DNA of 32,000 nucleotides from Cuniculiplasma divulgatum (GTDB lineage Archaea > Thermoplasmatota > Thermoplasmata > Thermoplasmatales > Thermoplasmataceae): the NCBI RefSeq assembly GCF_900083515.1, contig NZ_LT671858.1, forward strand, positions 960,001-992,000. Direction: 5' to 3'. This document shows, one piece after another, positions 1 through 8,922 of this stretch. The notes below the pieces were generated by a model that did not search any database, was not told where the DNA came from, and saw only the letters and a list, made by a program, of their open reading frames with translations. How positions within the stretch are numbered: position 1 is the first letter of the stretch; every line of letters starts with the position of its first letter. A program made the position numbers and the translations under genes.

Positions 1-143
1 ACTTTTTACAACGTTAAATGCATCCATTGGAACTATTGCCTCTAAATTTTTGTACTAGTTTTAGGTTATTTACCAAGATTTTTTAAAAATGACAAATCTT
101 ACTCAAATAAAAATTTAAACGCTTGAAGAGTTGATGTAAATGA

Positions 144-1220
144 TTAACTAATTTTTTCAATATTGCCCAACAATTCACGCCACATATCAGCAGTTTTCTC
201 CCATGTGAAATTTTCAGCGAATTTTCTAGAATTATTAATAAATAGATTCTCATTTTTAATAATATATAATATTTTGTTACTGAATTCGCTTATATCATCT
301 ACCAAAAAGCCGTTTAGATTATCTTTTAAGGTGTCTATCACCCCTGGAACCCTAAAGGCAACTGTCGGGGTACCAGAAGCAGAAGATTCAATTATAGACA
401 AACCCCATCCCTCGGTAATAGAAAAATGTAAATTTACCCATGATTTTTTAATTAACCCGGCTAATTCGTCTTGATCTACTCTACCAGTAAAAAAAATATT
501 ATAATTTTTAGTTTTAGCTTCTTCCCTTATTTGTTGTAATAGTTTTCCGTCACCTGTAATAACAATTTTTAGATGGTTTATATTGGTCTTTAATTGCTCA
601 TAAACATTCAAAATGTATTCAGGCCGTTTATATCTCCTAAACCCTCCAAAATAAATAAGTTGCACACTTTTAGACTTTTTACCAGGTGAAAATAAGTTCA
701 GATCTACACCCGGAGGGATTCTCACTATATTTTTCTTATCAAGTCCTAATCTTATAAGATCTTCTTCTGAGCTACTAGATTCGGTTACAATTTTAATATT
801 CCTGTAGATAAAAGGGTATAACTTTTCTAAAATAGTTATGATTTTAGCTAGAATAATATCAACTTGTCCTGGTAAAGATCTTGCGTGGAGATGCCTAAAA
901 AAGACAAAGTTATTTCTTTTAAGAAATACAGGGGAAATCCATGGAACCCCATGAGCCAAATCGTTTATAATCGCATCAAAACTGTTTTTAATGAGAAAAA
1001 TTGGTAAAAACGCATGGGTAGTAAAATTGTTACCTTTCCTAATGATTTTTATACCGTCAATTATTTCTTCATCAAGTGACCCTTTCCACCTTGGGCAATA
1101 TATAGTTACTTTATTTCCCTTCTCAACTAGTCTCTTCGCTACCTCATATATTGTTCTTTCGGCCCCTCCAGCCCTCGGATGTTTAGGGTCTCTATGATTT
1201 AACCATAAAATGTTTAACAT
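144..1220 (-). CDS. GT4-family (group 1, GT-B fold) glycosyltransferase
   Basis: 358-aa ORF with ATG at 1220 and TAA at 144. The N-terminus 'LWLNHRDPKHPRAGGAERTIYEVAKRLVEKGNKV' and the C-terminal 'EGWGLSIIESSASGTPTVAFRVPG' (E-x7-E) are typical of Glycos_transf_1 enzymes. Confidence 0.85.
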   Translation of the reverse strand: MLNILWLNHRDPKHPRAGGAERTIYEVAKRLVEKGNKVTIYCPRWKGSLDEEIIDGIKIIRKGNNFTTHAFLPIFLIKNSFDAIINDLAHGVPWISPVFLKRNNFVFFRHLHARSLPGQVDIILAKIITILEKLYPFIYRNIKIVTESSSSEEDLIRLGLDKKNIVRIPPGVDLNLFSPGKKSKSVQLIYFGGFRRYKRPEYILNVYEQLKTNINHLKIVITGDGKLLQQIREEAKTKNYNIFFTGRVDQDELAGLIKKSWVNLHFSITEGWGLSIIESSASGTPTVAFRVPGVIDTLKDNLNGFLVDDISEFSNKILYIIKNENLFINNSRKFAENFTWEKTADMWRELLGNIEKIS

Positions 1221-1270
1221 GTTCTAATACCATACAAGTTGATGATGATCTTATTAAGTTTTTCATTTCC

Positions 1271-2272
1271 TCATTCAAGATATACCACCCTTGATCCTAG
1301 ATTTTCAATATTAATTCTATGTCTCTCAAGAACATTCAATGCGTCCATAACATAATTTTGCCTTTCCAGTGGAGTTAAAAACAAAAGAAATCCTCCTCCA
1401 CCTGCTCCAATCAACTTTCCACCAACTGCACCTGCATTGATTGCTTGCAAATACCAGTTATCAATCAAATCCTGACTTATCTTTTTACTAAGACTTTTCT
1501 TGATATTCCAGTTCTCATTCATAAATTTACCCAGCATATTGAAATCATAATTCTCTAAACTTTCTTTTGTCTCTTTTGCGATATCTCTCATCTTATCATA
1601 TCCTGATTTGTTAATATTAATCCCTTTTGACTGATCTTTATGAATATCAACAGACTTTCGCTCCACACCCGTATAAAACATCATTAACTGATCATTGAGC
1701 TCGCTTAACTTTTCACCCTTAATATTAATTCGCTTGAGTTTAACATTCTCATTCCTCTCAAACTCCATGAACTGGACTCCACCAAAGGCTGCAATATATT
1801 GATCCTGTTTACCGCCGGGTTCTCCAAGTATATTTCTTTCAATTTTAACAGCCTCATCCGCTAGCTGCCTTGGAGAAACTGTTTCCCCAATCCATGTATG
1901 TAATGCGTTAAGTAGCCCAACAAGAAATGAGCTGCTGGATCCAAGTCCAGTTCCCCCAGATGGCACCTCTGTAATGCTCACAATTTGTATTCCAGTGCTA
2001 ATATCTAAAAGTTTCATTGCCTCCCTTACCGTAGGATGCTGGATTTCGTTAACACTTTTCAGTCCATTCTCCGTCTTTGAATAACTTACCCTTATCTCAT
2101 CTTTCCTGAAGTTCCTTGACACAGATATGTATATGTACCTGTCAATTGCTGCAGACACAACAGCTCCGGGTCCATAATTTCTGTAATACTGCGGAAGATC
2201 TGTGCCACCACCGGTAAATGTTATCCTCAACGGTGTTTTGGTTGTTACAATTCTTAAATCTCCTGAACTCAT
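1271..2272 (-). CDS. hddA: GHMP-family sugar kinase, D-glycero-alpha-D-manno-heptose-7-phosphate kinase type
   Basis: 'KTPLRITFTGGGTDLPQYY' is the HddA-type N-terminal motif. 'PSGGTGLGSSSSF' is GHMP motif II, and a C-terminal 'GAGGGGFLLF' is present. The track ORF starts at a TTG (2305) that overlaps gmhA. The ATG at 2272 (MSSGDLRIV...) is the more plausible start. Confidence 0.8.
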   Translation of the reverse strand: MSSGDLRIVTTKTPLRITFTGGGTDLPQYYRNYGPGAVVSAAIDRYIYISVSRNFRKDEIRVSYSKTENGLKSVNEIQHPTVREAMKLLDISTGIQIVSITEVPSGGTGLGSSSSFLVGLLNALHTWIGETVSPRQLADEAVKIERNILGEPGGKQDQYIAAFGGVQFMEFERNENVKLKRINIKGEKLSELNDQLMMFYTGVERKSVDIHKDQSKGININKSGYDKMRDIAKETKESLENYDFNMLGKFMNENWNIKKSLSKKISQDLIDNWYLQAINAGAVGGKLIGAGGGGFLLFLTPLERQNYVMDALNVLERHRINIENLGSRVVYLE

Positions 2273-2285
2273 TTTTATCAATTCC

Positions 2286-2849
2286 TTACAAAGAATCCTC
2301 AACAATCTTAGATATTATATGACCAATGGCAATTGTGCTTTCCTGAATAAAGGATGTTCTATCACTATCAATACGTATAAGATTATTCTCCTCAAGGATA
2401 TCTTTCATCTTTCCTCCCTTGCTTCCTGTGATTCCAAACACACTGCATCCGATTTCCTTAGCCTTATCAACTGCTGATATCACGTTAACGGAGTTGCCAC
2501 TTGTACTCAGTGCTATAATAATATCACCCTTCTTCGCAAATGCTTCCAGCTGCCTTGAAAATATCTTATCATAGGAGTAATCATTGCCAATTGCTGTTAC
2601 GGAGGAGCTGTTGCCATGGAGAATCATCGCAGGTAAAGGTTTTCTTTCTCTTTCAAATCTTCCCACAAACTCTGCCGCAATGTGCTGTGCATCTGCGGCA
2701 CTTCCCCCATTCCCAAAAATGATCAGTTTATTACCGTTCTTAAAGGCCGATGATAAGGATTCCCCAAGAAAGGAAATCTTTTCAATGTCCAGAGAATTTC
2801 TTACTCTTGATCCTTCTTCCAGATAATTTTTGATTTGCTGTAAATCCAT
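2286..2849 (-). CDS. gmhA: Phosphoheptose (sedoheptulose-7-phosphate) isomerase, SIS domain
   Basis: 'LIIFGNGGSAADAQHIAAEFVGRF' is the classical GmhA signature, and 'ALSTSGNS' is the SIS motif. The track start is a TTG at 2864. The ATG at 2849 (MDLQQIK...) is likelier. Confidence 0.85.
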   Translation of the reverse strand: MDLQQIKNYLEEGSRVRNSLDIEKISFLGESLSSAFKNGNKLIIFGNGGSAADAQHIAAEFVGRFERERKPLPAMILHGNSSSVTAIGNDYSYDKIFSRQLEAFAKKGDIIIALSTSGNSVNVISAVDKAKEIGCSVFGITGSKGGKMKDILEENNLIRIDSDRTSFIQESTIAIGHIISKIVEDSL

Positions 2850-2948
2850 AATCTGTGAAAACAAACTATCTTATTACTGTTTCCTCAATTTTGCTGAAAG
2901 AATAAGGATGTTTAAATAAGTAATAACCATAATTAAAGGTAATATCCA
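2850..2948. promoter_or_regulatory. Divergent intergenic promoter region between gmhA and gmhB
   Basis: 99-bp AT-rich spacer between divergent genes. A TATA-like 'TTTAAATA' lies at 2911-2918, about 30-35 nt upstream of the gmhB ATG. A weaker 'AATAAGATAG' lies on the other strand upstream of gmhA. Confidence 0.3.
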
Positions 2949-3395
2949 ATGGCTAGAAAAGCACTCTTTATTGACAGGGACGGAACCATAAACAGGGACT
3001 GCCCATACTGCCATGATCTTAAGGATCTGTATGTTTATGATGATGCTGTTCAGATCATGAAGGAATATGAAGAAAAGGGATATCTAATCATAATCATAAC
3101 AAACCAGTCAGGAATTAACAGGGGTTATTTTACAGAAAATGAATTTCATTTATTCCAGAATGAATTGCTTAAAAGACTGAAAGATAAAGGTGTAAATGTT
3201 GACAAAACATATTACTGCCCCCATAGACCTGAGGAGAACTGCAACTGCAGGAAGCCTAATATTGGAATGATCCAGAAGGCCATGGAAGATTTTGATATAG
3301 ATATCAAAAATTCTGTAATAATGGGCGACAGGGATGATATGGAAGGAGAGATGGGGAGAAAGCTAAGAATAGAATACATTATATTGAAAAGGTAA
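2949..3395 (+). CDS. gmhB: D,D-heptose 1,7-bisphosphate phosphatase (HAD superfamily, histidinol-phosphatase-like)
   Basis: 'FIDRDGTIN' is the DxDGT nucleophile motif. 'IIITNQSGINRGYF' and 'YYCPHRPEENCNCRKPNIGMI' (Zn-binding Cys/His loop) and 'MGDRDDM' are all GmhB hallmarks. At 148 aa it is short at the C-terminus. Confidence 0.8.
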   Translation: MARKALFIDRDGTINRDCPYCHDLKDLYVYDDAVQIMKEYEEKGYLIIIITNQSGINRGYFTENEFHLFQNELLKRLKDKGVNVDKTYYCPHRPEENCNCRKPNIGMIQKAMEDFDIDIKNSVIMGDRDDMEGEMGRKLRIEYIILKR

Positions 3396-3655
3396 CATAT
3401 ACTACTTTTAGACGTTGAAATATGATATTATAAAAATCACACCTTCTTGTTGGCTAACTAATGTTCCAAATATAACAAATTTCCCCAATCAGCTTAAACA
3501 CAAAATAAAAAGCAGTTTTAGCAATATTATACAAAATTCAAGAAAAACGGAATTGTCAAAAAATAAACTGACATTACATTGTGAAGGCATTGTTCAAAAT
3601 CATCATTCGAAAGGGAGACATCAAAATCTTAAATCAATTTAAAATCATGCGAAAT

Positions 3656-3937
3656 TTAAATAAGACCAATTCTTGAAACTATTTCCCTAGCTATGGTAAA
3701 CGTAAGGAAATCCTCAGAAATCATATTATTTATTTCTGACAGCGATATTTCCTCGAATCTTTTAAAGTAGGTTAAATCCATTTCTATTTGCTCATTTGAC
3801 TTTTCAAAATATGGCTTGTAAATTTCCATATTTTCTGATGAACATGCCATAGAAAAGTCTTCCATGACGCTCTGAGAATAGTCATTATAAAAAATCTTTC
3901 CATAAACTCCTTCGTTTGGCGTACCAACAGAAATCAT
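3656..3937 (-). CDS. Hypothetical protein (93 aa)
   Basis: ORF with ATG preceded by a GGAG-like motif ('aaaGGAGatggATG'). No family recognised. It lies in the same frame as the two upstream ORFs. Confidence 0.45.
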   Translation of the reverse strand: MISVGTPNEGVYGKIFYNDYSQSVMEDFSMACSSENMEIYKPYFEKSNEQIEMDLTYFKRFEEISLSEINNMISEDFLTFTIAREIVSRIGLI

Positions 3938-3970
3938 CCATCTCCTTTCAAGATTACCATAATATTTTCT

Positions 3971-4294
3971 CTAGGAAGCCCTGATTAAACTTTCAAATTC
4001 AGAATATGAGATATTTGTTATGGTAAATAATTGATTTCCATTAACTGCAACTATTTTTCTTCCATGCATCTCGAGGACGCAGGTTTGACAGTATGCGATT
4101 GTTGCACTATAGCAAGATGATTTTATGGCACGCCTGATGCTGTCAATGTTTACGCTTTGATCAATAATATTTAATGTTACACCATCAAAATTAATGCGTC
4201 CAGATTTAATCAGATCATCAACTGCAAGTCTTACTTCATTCGTCTCTTCATAACCACCTAAGTACTGGAAAATGTTTGCAGTCTCTTTCTCCAT
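3971..4294 (-). CDS. Hypothetical protein (107 aa)
   Basis: ORF with an ATG start, co-directional with its neighbours. No family recognised. Confidence 0.45.
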   Translation of the reverse strand: MEKETANIFQYLGGYEETNEVRLAVDDLIKSGRINFDGVTLNIIDQSVNIDSIRRAIKSSCYSATIAYCQTCVLEMHGRKIVAVNGNQLFTITNISYSEFESLIRAS

Positions 4295-4354
4295 GCTGAT
4301 GGTGCTTCTAGGTGCTGAACGAAATACCTCAATATTTAGTTGCGCCGCATCGTC

Positions 4355-4774
4355 TTACTCTAAATTATCTATCAACATTAAAAAACCATTACGAAATAAA
4401 AAATCCTTCATTTCTTGAGGATCGAGTTCTTCGGATATGCTTATTACTCTTTTAGTTTTGTTAATTAAAACTTTGCTACCATACTTATTTTGAAGGAAGT
4501 ATTCAAGGGCATCCATTGTTTGAATGTTAATCCGGAAATCAAATATTCCCATTCTTACAGGTTTCATTTTTTCTTCAATTTTTTTCCTCTCCTCTTCCTC
4601 TTCTGTTTTTTCCATTTCCGTCTCTGCTTCATTAAGCTTAATGAGTGCCTGATTGAATTTTATATCATCCTTTAATCCTTTTTCTATGGCATGCCGGACG
4701 CTTTGAACCGATTCAATTTGTAACTCATTTTCTATTTCCTTGTATGAATATCCTTTATTGTATAAATCAAGCAT
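4355..4774 (-). CDS. Small HTH-domain protein with acidic coiled-coil linker
   Basis: The N-terminus 'LYNKGYSYKEIENELQIESVQSVRHAIEKG' looks like a LuxR/sigma-70-region-4-type helix-turn-helix. It is followed by a 'EKTEEEEERKKIEEK' charged helix. First gene of a three-ORF co-directional set. Confidence 0.5.
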   Translation of the reverse strand: MLDLYNKGYSYKEIENELQIESVQSVRHAIEKGLKDDIKFNQALIKLNEAETEMEKTEEEEERKKIEEKMKPVRMGIFDFRINIQTMDALEYFLQNKYGSKVLINKTKRVISISEELDPQEMKDFLFRNGFLMLIDNLE

Positions 4775-4959
4775 CTTTTGAAGGTCATATTGTTTACCTC
4801 TACCCGTAGTGAACAGCTAAATTAGAATAACAAAATATATAAATTTTTCTTAAACTTTAACACTAATGATTTTTCAGCAAAATGATGCCTGGATGATTTA
4901 TTGAATTTCTTTTGCGTCATTCCCCTCTTATGTTGAATTATTTTTGCATTTCTTTTTTC

Positions 4960-5017
4960 ATAATTGCATTACTACTGCATTAAACTTGTATTATAATTGA
5001 ATTATAATTGCATTACT
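4960..5017. repeat. Perfect 14-bp direct repeat ATAATTGCATTACT (4960-4973 and 5004-5017) inside a TTGCATT-rich patch
   Basis: Read directly from the sequence. The two copies are 44 bp apart. Extra partial copies are 'TTTTGCATTTC' (from about 4941), 'ACTGCATTAA' (from about 4974) and a tandem 'ATTATAATTG' (about 4990-5010). The patch lies 190-240 bp upstream of the HTH gene start at 4774. Confidence 0.6.
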
Positions 5018-5394
5018 TCCAAAACAATAAGAAAAAAAATAATCTTAATATGGTTCAATATTTGCCATTAAAATGCCAAAATGTATGGCTTTATCTTAGT
5101 AGAATCTGCAAAGTTGGCTTTTTGATCTAAGATTTTTTTTAAAATCTAATTATAGGGACAAAGTGATGTTTAAAAATTCTATATTTATTTAGCTCATCTA
5201 TATTGAATATCGCATATGAATTCTAATAACCATGAGCAAAACAAATGTCTATCTAAATATATAGAACAATGATAAGTGTTTGTTATTTATATCTTTTTTA
5301 AACCTGTCTTAACTCTTTCGAAGTATATTATTAATCATCATTCATTTCATCCTGTAAAATCATAGGATTGTTTAGTAAACTTCTAGATTAGGAG

Positions 5395-6030
5395 GAACCA
5401 TAAACATTAAGGAAGTAAGGTTAGATCACCTGAAAGAGGGAGTTGATATCTCTATGGATTTCCATATGGGACCTAGAATTACATGGCACGTCTGCGATAT
5501 GTTTTATAATGCACATGATACAAAACAACATATATGGAGGCACCTTAACATCTTCCAATATCCCAAATATTGGGTGCAAGTGAACCAAGGATAAGATGCA
5601 ATGAGCATGGAGTGAAGACCGTTGATCTCCCATGGGCAATAAAAGGAAAGGGAACGCCTATTGTCTTTAAAATCCACAGATCTAAAGACATCGCGTACCT
5701 ATCATTTTAAGATTACACTTCAGCAATTATGGCCTGTGATACTTCTATTGCTGTGAAATATCTGAAGAAATGAAATATCCTAGACGTCCAGATTACGTAT
5801 GTGGACGTCATAAAGCTGGGAAACCCTATGGTATGCACATTGACTATATATTAGAAATAATAAAATCAAGAATACGGAGACAGGATCACATATCCGGTGG
5901 CAAGAAGTTGAGGTGAAACTAGATGAAAATTGAAGAGAAGTGTTCCAATTTCTGGTGGAGCAGATCAACAGTGTTAACAGAATTTTATCAACCTTAACTT
6001 GTGGATTTAGGTGCTTTTAACTCTTTATCT
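5395..6030 (+). mobile_element. ISL3-family transposase remnant, frameshifted and internally deleted
   Basis: Frame-hopping translation gives 'INIKEVRLDHLKEGVDISMDF...HDTKQHIWRHLNIFQYPKYWVQV', then 'PRIRCNEHGVKTVDLPWA' (the N-terminal zinc-finger/WRHL...PRxxC..HGV..V.VPWA signature of ISL3 transposases). Near 5950-6020 it gives 'VEQINSVNRILSTLTCGFRCF' (the C-terminal EG.N.kIK..kR...GfRnf signature). The central DDE core is missing. Confidence 0.55.
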
Positions 6031-6410
6031 CTGTTTTGATTTTGTAGAAGGCTTGTTGTTATATTCCCTTCTCCTTAACATCTTTAGACTTTAATGGTAA
6101 AATCTAGTTATAGAACACCCGGATATTATAACATTCAAGGTATGAATTTACATCAGCAACAGTAATCTAAGTTTCGTCAAGGTTGATTGATTCCCTCCTA
6201 ACTTATCCAATCATATCTGTAATAGTTTATTTCCCGTGTAGTATTCTCTCATTGTCGTAATCATACAAGATATCCTTAAATCCCTTACACTCTTAACCTT
6301 AATATATTCTAAAGATTGAGAAAAAAAGTTGTATAGTTATTAGCTTCTCTTTTCATTTATATCTAACTCACGCCATAGATCACTTCTCGTAGCGTAGATA
6401 TACCCTGTAT

Positions 6411-7271
6411 TCATATTTGGTTTTCTGCATTAGGATTGTATGAATTCCTTGGTTCAGTATATTCTACATAAAAACTACAATTTCTTAGCTTTTTAACAAG
6501 ATTTTCACATCCATAGTGATATTCAATTTGAATCATCTCTATGTTATTAAGAACTTTATCATCTTCCTCTAACAATGCATATTCACAGCCTTCGCAGTCC
6601 ATCTTTAATATACCGTTCTTAATATTATATTTATCAATCAAAGTTTTTAAAGAAAATATAGGTATATTTTTTCCTTTTACTGAAGAAATTAGGGTTGATC
6701 CATTAGAAGAAAATTTTCCCTGATCTATAATGATATTAGAATCCTTTCCATATCCAGCATTTAACAATATTATGTTATTAACGCTATTTAATTTTACGTT
6801 CTTTTCTGCAAATGAAAATGCATATGGATAGGGTTCAAGTCCTATAACACGCTTAGCACCATTTATAGAAAAATAAAGTGCTGAATCTCCTATATTCATT
6901 CCAATATCTATTACATCTCTATCCTTAACGTTCAGAAATTTATATTCTTCATAAAAGAAAACTGCATCCGGATCTGAATATCTTGCAGGGTCTAATAAGA
7001 TTGGGACTTCTTTGTATTTAAATGATATTCCATCATTTGTTAATTTTATTTCTGATATGTTACTGTTTTTTATATTGTTTAGTCTAACAAATGCCGTGAC
7101 TCTCCCATATGGTACCGTAAGTTCTTCCCCGTCCCTAAGAAACACACTGAAATTTACATCTTTGATATGGCTAGTCTTACGTTTTGCGTATAACGTAAAA
7201 AGAATGCCAATGTAATTTCTATATTGTTTTTTTATAAGAAAAAAAGTATTTATCAGTTCTTTTGTATGCAT
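6411..7271 (-). CDS. FkbM-family SAM-dependent methyltransferase
   Basis: 'VIDIGMNIGDSALYFSINGAKRVIGLEPYPYAFSFAEKNVKLN' is a SAM-binding motif followed by the E-P motif. 'LKMDCEGCEYALL' is the FkbM signature. Confidence 0.8.
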   Translation of the reverse strand: MHTKELINTFFLIKKQYRNYIGILFTLYAKRKTSHIKDVNFSVFLRDGEELTVPYGRVTAFVRLNNIKNSNISEIKLTNDGISFKYKEVPILLDPARYSDPDAVFFYEEYKFLNVKDRDVIDIGMNIGDSALYFSINGAKRVIGLEPYPYAFSFAEKNVKLNSVNNIILLNAGYGKDSNIIIDQGKFSSNGSTLISSVKGKNIPIFSLKTLIDKYNIKNGILKMDCEGCEYALLEEDDKVLNNIEMIQIEYHYGCENLVKKLRNCSFYVEYTEPRNSYNPNAENQI

Positions 7272-7300
7272 TTAATCTTCATGGTCTGATAATATAATAT

Positions 7301-8534
7301 CTTTACTGTAAATTCTAATGACCCTTTACTATCCTTAATCAACCTCCATATTTATGTATTTCCTTGTTAACCACTCATCATTGATGTTCATTGCTATTGA
7401 AACAACCAGTCTTATCAATGAATCACTATTGGGAAATGCACCTATCTTTCTTGTTCTTCTCTTCAATTCCCTGTTGAATCTCTCTGTTACATTGTTTGTA
7501 TGCAATTTCCTGCTATGTTCTCCTGGGAATGATATGTATGAGTACAGGGAATCATACCATTTATAGAACATATCAATGGACTTATCAAGCCTTAACTCCT
7601 CCATTCTATCTATGGCTATTTTAAACAGTGATTCATCCATTAAGGCCTCTGATACTATCCTGGATATACTCTTCCACTGTTCCTTTCCTACAGTCTTCCT
7701 TAAATTTTTTATGAAGTGAAAGTGGCAGTACTGCCATAATGATTCAGGGAATGATTCCCTTACTGCCTTCATTATTCCCTTATGTCCGTCTGATATTACG
7801 AGCTTTATTCCTGTTAATCCCCTTTTCCTGTAATTTAAAGAAGAAGTTGTTCCAGTCCATTTCATCCTCTGAACTGTATATATCCATTGATAATATCTGC
7901 CTTATTCCATTGCTGTTTTCACCAATTGATGTGTATAGTGCCATTGATTTGTATTTGCCATTCTCTCTGACCTTAAAGTAAGTAGCATATATGTACAGGT
8001 ATACTATTTTATCATCTATTCTATTCTCAAGGAACTCCTTTACCCTAGTATCAAGATCCTTATTCAACGATGATACATACTCTGGTGATACATTTACTCC
8101 CAGGCTGTTTATTATACTGTTAACAGATCTTGTTGATACGCCATTGATGTACGATTCTACTATTACAGAATTCAATGTCTTTTAAACAGTAGAGTATCTA
8201 TCAAATATCACGGTTTCAAATGTACCTGACCTTATGTCAGGCTTATCCATTATTGGTTCACCATCCACAGTCTTCAGCTTTCTCTTCTTGTATCCATTCC
8301 TGTAACCTGTTCTTTGATTAATCCTTTCATATCTTTCAGCATTCAACTGTTCAATGGCCTCCTCATTCATTACATTGTTTAAAAACCAGGTAATGAACTC
8401 CTTCTTACCCTCTGTCCTATCATTTATGAAAAGCTTTATTAGTTCTTCTACACTCATTAATTAATTCTTTGTATTTGTCATTTTGTTTACCTCACTATGA
8501 TATTGCAAAGAGTAATTTTGAATTTACAGTGAAG
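7301..8534 (-). mobile_element. IS256-family (Mutator-type) insertion sequence, about 1.23 kb, with terminal inverted repeats
   Basis: Left end 'CTTTACTGTAAATTC' (7301-7315) matches the reverse complement of right end 'GAATTTACAGTGAAG' (8520-8534) at 14 of 15 positions. The repeats enclose the broken transposase. I see no obvious target-site duplication. Confidence 0.75.
7335..8457 (-). pseudogene. IS256-family transposase split into three pieces (one in-frame TAA, one frameshift)
   Basis: ORFs 8182-8457 and 7780-8175 are in the same frame, separated by TAA at 8182-8184 ('FDRYSTV*KTLNSVIVESYINGVSTRSV'). A frameshift near 7815-7840 joins '...DWNNFFFKLQ' to 'RKRGLTGIKLVISDGHKGIMKAV...QYCHFHFIKNL'. 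These are classical Mutator/IS256 motifs. Confidence 0.85.
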
Positions 8535-8922
8535 GTTTTCTAATTTCCTCTCTACTTTCGCTTGAAGAAAATAAGTTTTAATATTTGTGTGGAAAATAAT
8601 ATGGAAGTTAGAAAACCTCACATATTTTTCAACTTCAATAGTAAAATAATAAATGTCAACTTTTTACATCGATCACAATGGAAATATAATGAAGTTTATA
8701 GGAACTATATGAAATGAATAAGTCTTAAAATTACAGTTTCATCAAATTATCTATAGTTGTAACTTATTTCACATAATGAGTTCAAGTAAAATCCTAAATA
8801 ATAGCCGTCTTTACTGTCACACAAAATAGCCAAAGAAGGAGATTTTCTTCAGTCTCGTAGAGTACCGCAACAACTATTTTACAAGTGATGATCCTGATAA
8901 AATTATTGAATTCTATAAGTAG

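Noticed and set aside
1221-1270. C/D-box sRNA candidates suggested by TGATGA motifs (about 1239-1247, and also about 14461, 23652 and 26823)
   Set aside because: None has a properly spaced CTGA D box or a C'/D' pair or terminal stem. The motifs occur inside or antisense to coding remnants or in very short spacers.
3415-3642. 75-aa ORF in the convergent gap after gmhB
   Set aside because: It has a Lys/Asn/Ile-rich low-complexity translation, a non-ATG start, no promoter-like element and no recognisable motif. It lies where two transcription units converge and is likely non-coding.
4941-5017. CRISPR array or leader
   Set aside because: The repeats are only 14 bp, with two perfect copies, irregular partial copies and no repeat-spacer periodicity. 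No cas genes are in the window.
5351-6056. Inverted repeats for the ISL3 remnant (CCTGTAAAATCATAGG at about 5351 against CTGTTTTGATTTTGTAG at about 6040)
   Set aside because: Only about 11 of 17 positions match in very AT-rich sequence, which is compatible with chance.
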